Positions 51,481 through 61,601 of a stretch of 64,000 bases of DNA are shown piece by piece; positions within the stretch are counted from its first letter, which is position 1, and the number at the start of each line of letters is the position of its first letter. The DNA is from Minutocellus sp. GHC0000111 (Eukaryota): contig OZ361258.1 in the NCBI GenBank assembly GCA_977018835.1, positions 2,914,001 through 2,978,000 on the forward strand, given 5' to 3'. The position numbers and the translations under genes were made by a program. The notes beneath the pieces are model-generated. The model ran no database searches. It worked only from the letters and a program-made list of their open reading frames with translations, and had not been told where the DNA came from.

Positions 51481-51556
51481 CCTCCTGGCCTCCTGGCCTC
51501 CTGGCCCCGCCTCGCCTCTCGCGATCTCGCCTCGCCTCGCCTCTCGCTCGCCTCTC
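51481..51556. repeat. Low-complexity tandem repeats (CCTCCTGG x3, CCTCG units)
   Basis: Directly visible. Confidence 0.8.
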
Positions 51557-52045
51557 AATTTGAACATCTCGTCATCGCCAACACATACAGAAAGATACTT
51601 ACGCAATACAGAATGCATCTCTTTTCCTCAATAAAAGGGACTGAAGAACAGAAAGCATCTGAAACAGAAACAGGCCTTGCGGCCTGCGACATGCCTTTTT
51701 AATTATTGAAAGTGACAAATTCTAGGCTGTCTTTTTCTGTGCGATGATAAATTTTCCAATACAAAAATTGCGAAATGGGATAAAATACACGTAGCCGTCA
51801 AGATTTAGAGGGCATCTTTGACGTGGCGGCACTCACTTCGCGCACAACAAATCTGGCCAAGCACATAGCCTATCGACATCACTGCCCCCCTCAAGATATT
51901 TTCACCAACCACAAGCGAGGGCGCATTTCTTCCTCACCAATACAGGGCATCGTCTCTCAGGAAAGAAGGAAGTAGATGGAACGTCTCGAACACAACAAAC
52001 CTTCACAAATCGAAGAAAGATACCAACCCATAAAAGACGAGCAAG

Positions 52046-53206
52046 ATGAACTTCTCTTCCAATCGTCGCAACAATCAGGCCTCCTCAACGATGATACCGC
52101 AACACCGACGAAACGAAGACGGCCGCATCTCAGTCGGCGCAGTCGGCGGCCGTCCGCAGACACAAATTGCCCTTGACACTCCTACCACTGCCACTCAAAA
52201 CCTCAAGACTGGCCGAGACCTCAACGATATGAAGGCCGGCATCGAGTCCCTCAAGATCAATTCTACCACGAGCGGCTCTGCCGACATCGCTTCCTCCAAG
52301 AAGATGTCTCCTCCTTCCGCATCGCACAATTGCTCGTCAAATTCCGACGCCGGCCAAGACGGTAGCGACGGCCTCGCTGCCACGAGACAACTTCTCGGAC
52401 ATCGACAGGCCAGTACCGGTTCCTCGGAAACAGACACCGATGCCAACGCCGCCGCCAACGAGCAGACCCAAAAGGAGCACGTCTTCGAGAAGCTCGGTGC
52501 CTTCGTCAAAGAGCACAAGGACGCGCCGCAGGAGGAGGAGGAGGAGGAGGCGCCGTCGTCGTCAAGAATGACCCCTCCTTTTGAGGCAGAAATCTCCCTA
52601 ACCCTCAACGACATGACATCGGCCTCTGAGGCGGTCCCGGCTGCTGCTGCCACCAACAACGACGCCATCGCAGAGGAGCCTCGGTCTTCTCGTCGGATAT
52701 CGTTCTCGAGGCTGGACGACGTCATGGTCTCAGATGATGGCGAAGACAACGGTGACGACAGCGATGACGACAAGAGCATGACTCTCGACGACCTCGTGGA
52801 AATGTCCACCAACGACCGAGCCTCCCCTTCGTCCGCACCGACCAGCGTTCCCGACCTCATCCGATCGTCCGCTGAAACCACCACCACTACTACCACCACC
52901 ACGGACTACGAGTTTTCCATCGAGGCCCCGCTCAGGGAGGAGGGCAGCTCCTCCCGCCGGAGCTCGGCCATCTCCTTCGAGTGTCACGATTCCGTTTTGT
53001 TCAATCTGCTCTCCCAGGAGATCAGCGACAACGAGGACGACATCGACCCGAGGCGGAACCCATCCTTCTACAACGAGAGCATCGGCGCGCCCAACGTCCT
53101 GTCCAGGATGGACCAGAGCATCCTGGCCCGGGAGGTTTCCAACGGCCGCCTTGCCCGGGATGGGATGCACTTCTCCTTCTCGCATGGTTTGAACCTGGAC
53201 GAGTGA
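52046..53206 (+). CDS. Acidic Ser-rich hypothetical protein (true start possibly 51976 with a frameshift near 52163)
   Basis: 386-aa ORF with strong C/G-ending codon bias. Confidence 0.65.
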   Translation: MNFSSNRRNNQASSTMIPQHRRNEDGRISVGAVGGRPQTQIALDTPTTATQNLKTGRDLNDMKAGIESLKINSTTSGSADIASSKKMSPPSASHNCSSNSDAGQDGSDGLAATRQLLGHRQASTGSSETDTDANAAANEQTQKEHVFEKLGAFVKEHKDAPQEEEEEEAPSSSRMTPPFEAEISLTLNDMTSASEAVPAAAATNNDAIAEEPRSSRRISFSRLDDVMVSDDGEDNGDDSDDDKSMTLDDLVEMSTNDRASPSSAPTSVPDLIRSSAETTTTTTTTTDYEFSIEAPLREEGSSSRRSSAISFECHDSVLFNLLSQEISDNEDDIDPRRNPSFYNESIGAPNVLSRMDQSILAREVSNGRLARDGMHFSFSHGLNLDE

Positions 53207-53749
53207 GGATCTACCGGTAGATACTCTAGTAGATCTTGTGGTCGATCAGCCACCGCACCTTACTTCGTTCGGTGCATTCTACAGTTGAAATATGTTCTGT
53301 ATGCATAGGAAAAAATTGAGGCAACGCAACACCTGCACGCACATTTAATAGTAGTACTTGTAGAGACGAAAGAGTACCGATAGACTCTATCTACCGGATC
53401 ACATATAATTCATTAGAGAAGAAATTACACAAAGCTAAGGAAAGTGTGACTGAAATTCAAGTGAATCACACAAATTAAATAAATTAAATAGTTTGTCGAT
53501 ATCGCAACTTTCCTGGCTAAGACATTTCCAAAGAGAGCACATCTCGATATGTCTGACAACTCATTGAATAAATATTTGAGAATATAATATAGACATTCAC
53601 GTGCATGCTTATATAAAGAAAAGACACAGTCGAAAGATCATTGATTGATCCGCTTCTCTCTCCATGCGCTAAATATTGAAATAAATACATGTACTTGTGC
53701 ATCTCACATCATCATCCCTACCGGAAAACAACATGTAGATATGTCGAAT

Positions 53750-54489
53750 CGTTACACATGCCTTCGTGTATCACGCACGTCCTGGTACAGAGCTGGCTAG
53801 TACTCGCTGAGCCGATACTCTTGCCCACCCTCACGGGCCAGCATAAGAGTGAAAGTTTTGATTTTGTGTCGAAATGTTTTGATCTTCTTGTCTTTTTTCA
53901 CCATCTCCTTCTTGTCCATCTTTCGGGCGTTGGTAAGGCGAGGATTGGTCACCTTGGTGTCTTTCATCTCGGCTTCAAGGCGTATTTCTCGGCTACGACA
54001 TCTTCCTTATCAGCTTTCAGCGTGTGGTTTTCGACAATGAGATCGATCTTCTTTCTCGGCCGTAAGGACACGTGGTTCTCGGCATCAGTCGCCCAGAATG
54101 TTTTTTCGAGCGCCTTGTTGATCTTTTTGGCTTCCTGGAGCTGGTTTCCTAGGTCAGTGGTCTTTATGTCTTTGGCATTCAGCAGCTCGCGTAGACGCTC
54201 AATTTCCATTTGGGCTTCCTGGAGCTGGTTTTCTAGGTTGGTGGTCTCTACGCGTAGACGCTCATTTTCCACATTAGCTCTCCATGAAGTGAGACTTCGA
54301 ACTCGTCTTCCTCGGCAACAATGCCAATGAAAGCATCCTGCACACTTTGCATCGCTCTCTGGGGCGTCACTTCTTCCGCGGTGGTAGCGACGGCAGTAGC
54401 AAGAGAGATGTTATTTCTGTGGCCTCGCATGTTGCTACTTTCGAGATTCTTGTTGACGATGCGTTCATTGGGTGCGGGTGAGAGGACAT
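53750..54489 (-). pseudogene. Fragmented coiled-coil protein gene
   Basis: Coding-like pieces in different frames (54248-54430, 53964-54272, and downstream); internal repeat NQLQEA (GGCTTCCTGGAGCTGGTTT twice). Confidence 0.5.
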
Positions 54490-55053
54490 TTTGGCAATGT
54501 AATGTGTAGATAATAATGGCAAAGATGTTGTCGTCAAAGTTACTATTTTCGATTTATGCACCTTCGAATTTGTGATTTGTGAGAATGCAAGTGGAGTGCA
54601 TAGCGACGTATTACATGTAGTACGTACCAATGGTAGTAGTCATTAGTAAAAAGTCGGAACGAGCAAAAAACGCAAAAAAAAGGAATGGGAATGACATTCG
54701 GGAGCTCCCCTGTTCTGTTACAACAAAATCGCAAAGAAGGAATGGGAATGACCTTCGGAGCGACGTACGTACTCCACGTGCTTAGTACGTACGTAGCTAC
54801 TTGAAGGTACATATCGTATTACAACGTACGTATACGAACACGACACGTCAGATTATTTTGACGTCAAACGGAACACAGCAAAATTCAAAAAGAGGCGCGT
54901 TGGCCCACCCACGAGCGATTTTTGGCATCATTTCAGGCGGAGAAGTCGGCATGGCGAAATAGTTTTGCATGCTATCCGGAAAACAGCGGCTGTTATTGAC
55001 CTGACCTCCCGATGCTGTCTCGTAGTCCTACGAGCGTCGCCGACCGAGCGGCG

Positions 55054-56635
55054 ATGGCAACTTCCGCCGCTACCTTGCCGGTGGCTTCCAGGGGCAAGCG
55101 GTCGCTGGTTGGCGGTAGCGGGACGCCAAGTGAACCCAAACGGCGCGCGTCCACAGCCAAATGGACTGCCGAGGAAGATGCGCAGCTTTGCAGCATCGTG
55201 CAGGCCCACTCAGCGAAGGACTGGAGGGCGATTGCCAGTCACCTTCCAGGTCGGACTGATGTGCAGTGTTTGCATCGTTGGAAAAAGGTGCTGAGGCCCG
55301 GTCTCAAAAAGGGTGAGTTGCGGTTGCGGTTCGTGGGCAATATGTGCTGGAGTGGTCCGCAACCAAGATTGCTTTACGATGATGTTTGTTTCCGACCGCT
55401 CTACCAGCTACGTAGGAGCAGCCCACGATGGAGAACGAACAACAACGAAACGACACATCAACGCTTTGTCCGTTCGTATCTTTGACTTGACCGTCTCCAT
55501 ATCTCTCACACATCATGTTGACACGTTTGAATATCTTGGATACAGGCCCGTGGTCTGCCGAGGAGGACGCCGAACTTCTTCGCTTGCTAAAGGCCCAAAA
55601 CCCAAACGACATCAAATGGGCCAAGATCGCTGAGGGCCTGGGCGGAGGCCGGCTGGGGAAGCAATGCCGGGAACGCTACTACAACCACTTGGACCCGTCC
55701 ATCAAGCGGGGAGCGTACACCACCGAGGAGGATGATAAGATCTGCGCTGAGGTTGCCAAGATGGGCACCAAGTGGGCAACGATCGCTTTGCTACTACCCG
55801 GCAGAACTGAGAATCAGATTAAGAATCGATGGAACTCAACCTTGAAGAAGAAGGTTGCATCTGGAGGCAAGACATCATCTGCTAGTAGTGGTGGTACTAA
55901 ATCCAAGAAGGCGACCAAGGCGAGATCCAAACCGTCAAAGTTTACTACGACCTCAGCCACCAAAACCAAGATACACCGGAAGAAGATTGCACCGAAGCAG
56001 TCTATGGTTACAGCTGACGAAGAGTCGAAGGCCTCGGCCACTCCTGCTACTTCCCCTGAAAGTGTTGATATGTCGGATGTTTCTAGATCCAGTCCTGGTC
56101 GATGGGCGTCTAGGAGCAAGGCACTGCGCCTTGCTCCTTCCGATCCTCCCCCAATGGAAATTAATGCACTCCAGAATCCATTGGCCATCTCTAATGATTT
56201 CCAGCTGGATCTTGATTTTGTTGGTGGTAAGATCCTGTCGACATCCCCGTCGCTTCCGATCTCGCCTGTCAGAATGCACGGCGGCAATTGTCGCATGGGT
56301 CTTACTCACACTCCGATCCGTCCTTCCAGGCGGGGAGTCAAGAGCGACGATTCGGGGGCACCATTGGCGTCTAATATGCCCAAGTTGGTAGTTGCTTATC
56401 ATGAAAATGATAAGTTGAAGGGTGGCATCTACAGTCCAAGTAAGTTCCTTCCTTCGGCATGGCATGCGTTGTATTTATATTGTCATCTAACTACTAGTAT
56501 TCTTGCTTGACAATCTCATCCGTTTTTGGCATTTTCTAATTTGTCCCAATTTTTACAGTGAGGCGCCTTTCATTCGTCGACGAGGAAGTTGAGGGCGCCG
56601 ACGACGTGATGATGGTTGATAGTGACATTTGTTAG
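55054..56635 (+). CDS. Three-repeat Myb (R1R2R3) transcription factor, introns about 55313-55545 and 56440-56558
   Basis: [60 protein letters not shown]. Confidence 0.93.
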
Positions 56636-57011
56636 ATTTCCTGTTATGGCCTCGCTCGTTCAACATGCACATGACGGCCTCTCGAGCGAGACTCGTTTCA
56701 AACACGCATTGCAATTTTCTCTTCATCTATTTTCACATCAAAAGGGCAGTGCGCGAAGTGGTTTATACATATGATTTGCGAACGCACTGATTACATTTTT
56801 AGATAGCTACACAGACACAAAAGTCATCGAGTCATCCAGCGACGAAGTAGATATTATATTGAGAGTAAAGCTGGAGCTTGAAAGTTCAGTTCAAAAACGA
56901 TTGTTCCTTTACTATGCAATCTCTACTTTTCTAATGATACAATGGCCTTCTGTCCTTCGTGTGTATGTGAAATTATGGAATACTAGTGAGATCCTCGTTG
57001 GATATGAAAGC

Positions 57012-57587
57012 TCATGCGGCCCGACTGGATGCCTTGACCTTCTTGTCCTGGTCGGCGGAAGTTTTGGCGATCGATCTGCGTTCTTGACGTTCAATGCGTC
57101 TCTGCACGTCACATGCCATGCGCCAGTTATCTCCCCCCACCATGAGGCGGAGAGTTGACTCGATCTTGTCGTTGAGGTCTATACGGCTGATCCTGCCATC
57201 GCTTAGCTTGCGATTGCAGAGCCGCACTGCCAGGAGGACTTGCTGTCGGAGCTTTGGATCGCGTTTCTCGAGGATGCCCAGGAGGGCCTTGACGCGGAGG
57301 AAAAGTTCGATTTCTGCCTTGCGTTGCTCTCTCCGGCGGAGATTGTGCTCCCTAATATCGGCCGCCGAGAGGAACATGGCAGCCTTGAGGATGGGTTCGA
57401 AGCTCTTCTTGCTGTTCTTGATGGGATCGTACTGGGCCGCAAACCTGACTGCCTTGGTACTGCTCTTTTTGGTAGTTGAGGCGGCGGCAGCGGCGGCGTT
57501 TGATCGATCTACATGGACCAAGCGATTGTCGTCCTCGTCATTGTCGATGTCCATTTGTGAAGAAGGATACTGAGGAGTCTTGGTCAT
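57012..57587 (-). CDS. Small helical protein, probable paralog of 42350-42867
   Basis: LFLRVKALLGILEKRDP..VRLCNRK..LRLMVGGDNWRMA. Confidence 0.65.
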   Translation of the reverse strand: MTKTPQYPSSQMDIDNDEDDNRLVHVDRSNAAAAAASTTKKSSTKAVRFAAQYDPIKNSKKSFEPILKAAMFLSAADIREHNLRRREQRKAEIELFLRVKALLGILEKRDPKLRQQVLLAVRLCNRKLSDGRISRIDLNDKIESTLRLMVGGDNWRMACDVQRRIERQERRSIAKTSADQDKKVKASSRAA

Positions 57588-58143
57588 GGTCAAGGTAGGT
57601 TGGAAAACTGCAAACATTTGGGAAAGAATGTGATTATGTATTGCAACAGTTTGGCCCGTCCATTTACTGAGATGCATGATGGAGGATGCATGATGCGCAG
57701 TCAAAGAGAACCGCCTTTGAGAGGCCGAGAATGCTTTTCATGCGGCTGGAGACGCATCAAAAAGTGAGCTCAGAAATTGGCGCTGACACACCTGAGAGCC
57801 GCATTTGAATTTCTGAAAGCGGCGAGTGTTGTGTCTCTGCGAAACGGAGTTACTAGTAAAATATCTAAAATTTAGAATTATTTGGTGACTGAGACACTCT
57901 AATGGATGGGTCATCGCGCGGGGTCACATGACATCGCCATGCCACAACGGCCACAACAATGGCCTTCGGCTCCTGCCACTGCAGCTCCACCTCTCGCCCA
58001 CCTCCCTCATTACGTAAAAGACCGCTTGAAGAAGTTCCTCTGGCCTTTGTAAGATAGGATTATTTGCCGGCCGCTGTGTAGACCACAAGTTGTCTTTTTC
58101 AATTAGCACAAGACGCACTCGTTTGGATATCGTCCATTTTGCC

Positions 58144-59892
58144 ATGGCATCGTCTCAACAACAAGAGGCATCGACATCGAGCATCCTCCCGGTTCAGGCC
58201 ATCCTGACCCTGACGGTCCATGGGGTACCGCCGGTGGGAGGACCGATGGTTTCGGAATTCGCGCATCTGCGAGCGACCATACGAACCACTCTGAATGGTC
58301 GGCTGGATCCACGTGGCATCCACCTAGCCGAGGTCGAGGTCAATGACTGGACGCTTCATGCCCACGAGGTCCAACACTTTGAGCACAGGAAGGAGACATC
58401 CAAGGAGCAGGTCAGACCGCAAGGAGCTGACGACGTCACTGATCGGCCGGAGGAGGCCATTGAAATGGATGAAGACGGCGGCGAGGTCAATCTGTTATCG
58501 CAGCAGCTTCGCGAGGTCGAAACGGGGAGGCGACGACGGCGTAGGCTCAGCAATACACTTGGTCAGCAAGAACGTACCAGCAGGCCTGGACCCACAACAT
58601 CACAAACTGGCAAGGGAGGAGGTGGGATTCTGTCGACCTTTCTCCAATACCTATACGATGCGCCTGTAACGGCTGTAGCACGACGTCTATCGCTTACTTC
58701 GGACCCTGCCGATGCCACGGCTGACCTGGCTGTCACGGTCACCGTCACCGGAGAGCAGACCCCAGAGTCCCTCTCTATCAATGGGAAGCTCCGTCCCGAG
58801 GACTTTGCCTACCTTGTCAACCGTGCAGCGCTGTCGTCCTCGGAGGCACTTGCTGACAGTCTTCGATCAGGCGGCTGGTTGCAGGTGGACTACTTTCGGC
58901 ATGCACATGCCGTCAGTTTGGTCCCGAGAGACGACGGAGGAGTGATTCAATTCATCCCAGGTGATGCTGCTGATCTAGACCTTCTCCAGATGCCATCCTC
59001 CGATGGGAGGGCTTCTTCTTCCGTCTCTTTGGCAGGACGAACATCGACGGCTGACTACTCTTCATCTGGTGCTATTCCCATTGGCCTGACATCCGACGCA
59101 TCCGCATCCCTGGAAGCGACCAACGACGAGAAGGCAACCGGTATCGAGACCTCCCGTGGGTTCCTCCTGGACGAAGACTCTCCGAGTTATGTCCCTTCTT
59201 CGTACCTTGGCGAAGTCGTCGAAGATGATGGGGCTTACACAAACATAGGAAGCGCCACAACCGTCAATCCTCCTGGCAATGGTGGTCGAGTCTCGGTCGG
59301 TCTGACCGTGTTCATTGCCCTTGCATGTGTCTCCATCGTCCTCCTGAGCTCTTTCTTCACCCGCCGAACCGTCAAGCGCCGCAAGAACGACCGGGCCGCC
59401 AAAGCTCGACAAGCTTACGATCTACCTCGTAAGATATGCAGTCGAGAATGGGTCGATACTCTCCGCGATAGAATAAACGCCCGAAGGAGCCGTATTAATG
59501 CCACCGACGATGCTGCTACTGACGCCTATGTGCCACCAGAACGACGCATGCAGCAGCAGACAATGCAACCTCCCACCAACCGAGCTACGGCCGTCCTTCC
59601 CTCGCGTTCCCCTTCAAGGTCGACAGTGCCACCTACTAGTACAAGTGGTATGCGAACGACGAGTGGGGTTATGGACACACGTGCCGAGTACAGCTCCCCA
59701 GCTCCGGTAGCTGCAAGAGGAGGTGTACAAGCATCAAAGAAGACACCTTCAGTTTCGTCCTCTATAGGCGCCAGATCAAATTGCCCCGCAGCTACTCCAC
59801 GTAGAGGCTCTGGGAAAAGAGTGCGTTTTGGTGCCGATAGTGTAGCCGGGGAGGAACTTCCAACGGTATTGTTGTCAGAAGTAGATTTTTAG
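58144..59892 (+). CDS. Single-pass membrane protein of unknown function
   Basis: About 580-aa ORF; RRRRRRLS and RRLS motifs; TM VGLTVFIALACVSIVLLSSFF followed by a basic stop-transfer segment. Start uncertain. Confidence 0.7.
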   Translation: MASSQQQEASTSSILPVQAILTLTVHGVPPVGGPMVSEFAHLRATIRTTLNGRLDPRGIHLAEVEVNDWTLHAHEVQHFEHRKETSKEQVRPQGADDVTDRPEEAIEMDEDGGEVNLLSQQLREVETGRRRRRRLSNTLGQQERTSRPGPTTSQTGKGGGGILSTFLQYLYDAPVTAVARRLSLTSDPADATADLAVTVTVTGEQTPESLSINGKLRPEDFAYLVNRAALSSSEALADSLRSGGWLQVDYFRHAHAVSLVPRDDGGVIQFIPGDAADLDLLQMPSSDGRASSSVSLAGRTSTADYSSSGAIPIGLTSDASASLEATNDEKATGIETSRGFLLDEDSPSYVPSSYLGEVVEDDGAYTNIGSATTVNPPGNGGRVSVGLTVFIALACVSIVLLSSFFTRRTVKRRKNDRAAKARQAYDLPRKICSREWVDTLRDRINARRSRINATDDAATDAYVPPERRMQQQTMQPPTNRATAVLPSRSPSRSTVPPTSTSGMRTTSGVMDTRAEYSSPAPVAARGGVQASKKTPSVSSSIGARSNCPAATPRRGSGKRVRFGADSVAGEELPTVLLSEVDF

Positions 59893-60078
59893 AGATAATA
59901 TAACACAACGTTACCTACCCTTTAGGCCAACAAGCATTCTATTGATCTCTAAATTGCATGCTGTAGGCGCGTGGTCTTGTACATGATTAAGTGAAAGGAA
60001 CAGGAGGGTAGTATCGTATCAGAGTGTCTAAAGTTGACAGACAGATCTTGGCGTCTACATGTAGATATACTGATTAGT

Positions 60079-60099
60079 GAGAGAGAGAGAGAGAGAGAG
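60079..60099. repeat. (GA)n microsatellite
   Basis: About 10 GA units. Confidence 0.95.
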
Positions 60100-60238
60100 G
60101 ACACAGCAATGCGTAGCAGATCTATTCAGCGCGGTAGATCAAAATAGATCTAGCTACGTAGTAGATCTAGGCCTAACTAGCCAGTTTTACATGAGAGAGT
60201 CATAGTTATGTACAAAATTTACATTACAGCGTGTCGTG

Positions 60239-60895
60239 TCATTCTATAATTTGCATGTATGCCACGTTGGGATACCGCTCGCCGATGCACAGACTTGTAG
60301 CGCCTATGAACCACTTGTAAACAGGATTGGCCGGGTCGTCCTCACGCCAGAGCAACAGATACGTGTTGTCAACGTGATGCCGGATACCAAACCGCCATCC
60401 ATCCTTGCAGATTGCCTGCCCGACGCTGAGGCACTTGTCCTTGCCGTAGGAGTCGACGTCCAAGGATCCGCCGTAGGGACATGTTCCCATGGGAAACGTC
60501 CATTTTCCGCGGATTCCGCCCCAGTTGAGCCCCGGTCTGGACAATGGCCTGTTGGGATAAATTGAACCAGGCGCATTCGCGGCAGGGGCGCTTGCTTGCT
60601 CACCAAAGGGATCCTTCGAAAGATATTCCTTCCACTCGGCGATTGGCTCCATACCAGTCGCCTTGACGATGGCTTCTGGAAACGACCACACAGAGCCATC
60701 AGTGGCGGAATTGTTGTTTGGCTCGATGGAAACAACGCCATCGCCGGTAATATCACTGCCGAGAAGATCCTCGTTGCTGGCATCAACATCGATGGCCCAG
60801 GCGCCATGATGGCTAGAAGTTGGGGCGAGCGCCAGACTCACAGCGGCGACAAGCCACGAGGAAGTAGATCTAGCAGCAGCGACGTATCGGACCAT
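60239..60895 (-). CDS. Secreted protein, truncated paralog of the 61602-64000 gene
   Basis: Signal peptide; WKEYLSKDPF..GQAICKDGWRFGIRHH..SLCIGERYPNVAY then a stop where the paralog continues. Confidence 0.7.
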   Translation of the reverse strand: MVRYVAAARSTSSWLVAAVSLALAPTSSHHGAWAIDVDASNEDLLGSDITGDGVVSIEPNNNSATDGSVWSFPEAIVKATGMEPIAEWKEYLSKDPFGEQASAPAANAPGSIYPNRPLSRPGLNWGGIRGKWTFPMGTCPYGGSLDVDSYGKDKCLSVGQAICKDGWRFGIRHHVDNTYLLLWREDDPANPVYKWFIGATSLCIGERYPNVAYMQIIE

Positions 60896-61601
60896 GATAC
60901 CAGAAAATAAAATGCATCTTTCTTGACCCAGCAGCAGCGGTGGCGAACCGCCGATCCAAGGTCCAACGGCGGGCCATCAAAGATGGCGGTTGATCTTCAA
61001 ACCAGCAAAAATAAGCAAATTCAGATGTGGCGATACTTCAAACCAATACAAGCAAGTAAGCTGGCAGAAGAAAGATCGGCGTCTGTGCCATGTCTGACCG
61101 CCAAAGTAACGTCCAACGGCTGAAGAGAGCGCCATGGCGCGTAAAAAGCGCGCGGCTGTCAACCGGCGCATGCATGGCGGCTGACGGCACGATTTGCTTT
61201 TCCGGTAAAGCAGATAACTCCAAAACTTCTCAAGTACGTGTACATTTCACATGATACTAAAAAGCAAAGTTTTTATTTGGATTACATTTTCACGACGTTG
61301 CGCGATTACCGGCACAGGGGGGACGTCACATGGGGACGCCTCTTTAAAATGGTGCTTGCTTACTGAACGACGTGCCGGGATATCTCTCTTTCTCTAAAAA
61401 ATGGTCTTGATGAAATACATGTAATAATTCTTGAACATAAAAGGGATCAAGCACACTGCATAGTCCTTCAAAATATGGCTCTTTGGCTCGGCTCAACCCA
61501 TCGGTTGGTTGTGACTGAAAAGAAATGAAAAGTTGCGCACCAATCTGCCCAACAGAAACACGGCGTTGCTACCTGTAGCGTTGTGATGAGGGATCATTTT
61601 C

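Noticed and set aside
57710..57835. Weak inverted repeat (ATGCGGCT/AGCCGCAT)
   Set aside because: The arms are too short and irregular to support an element.
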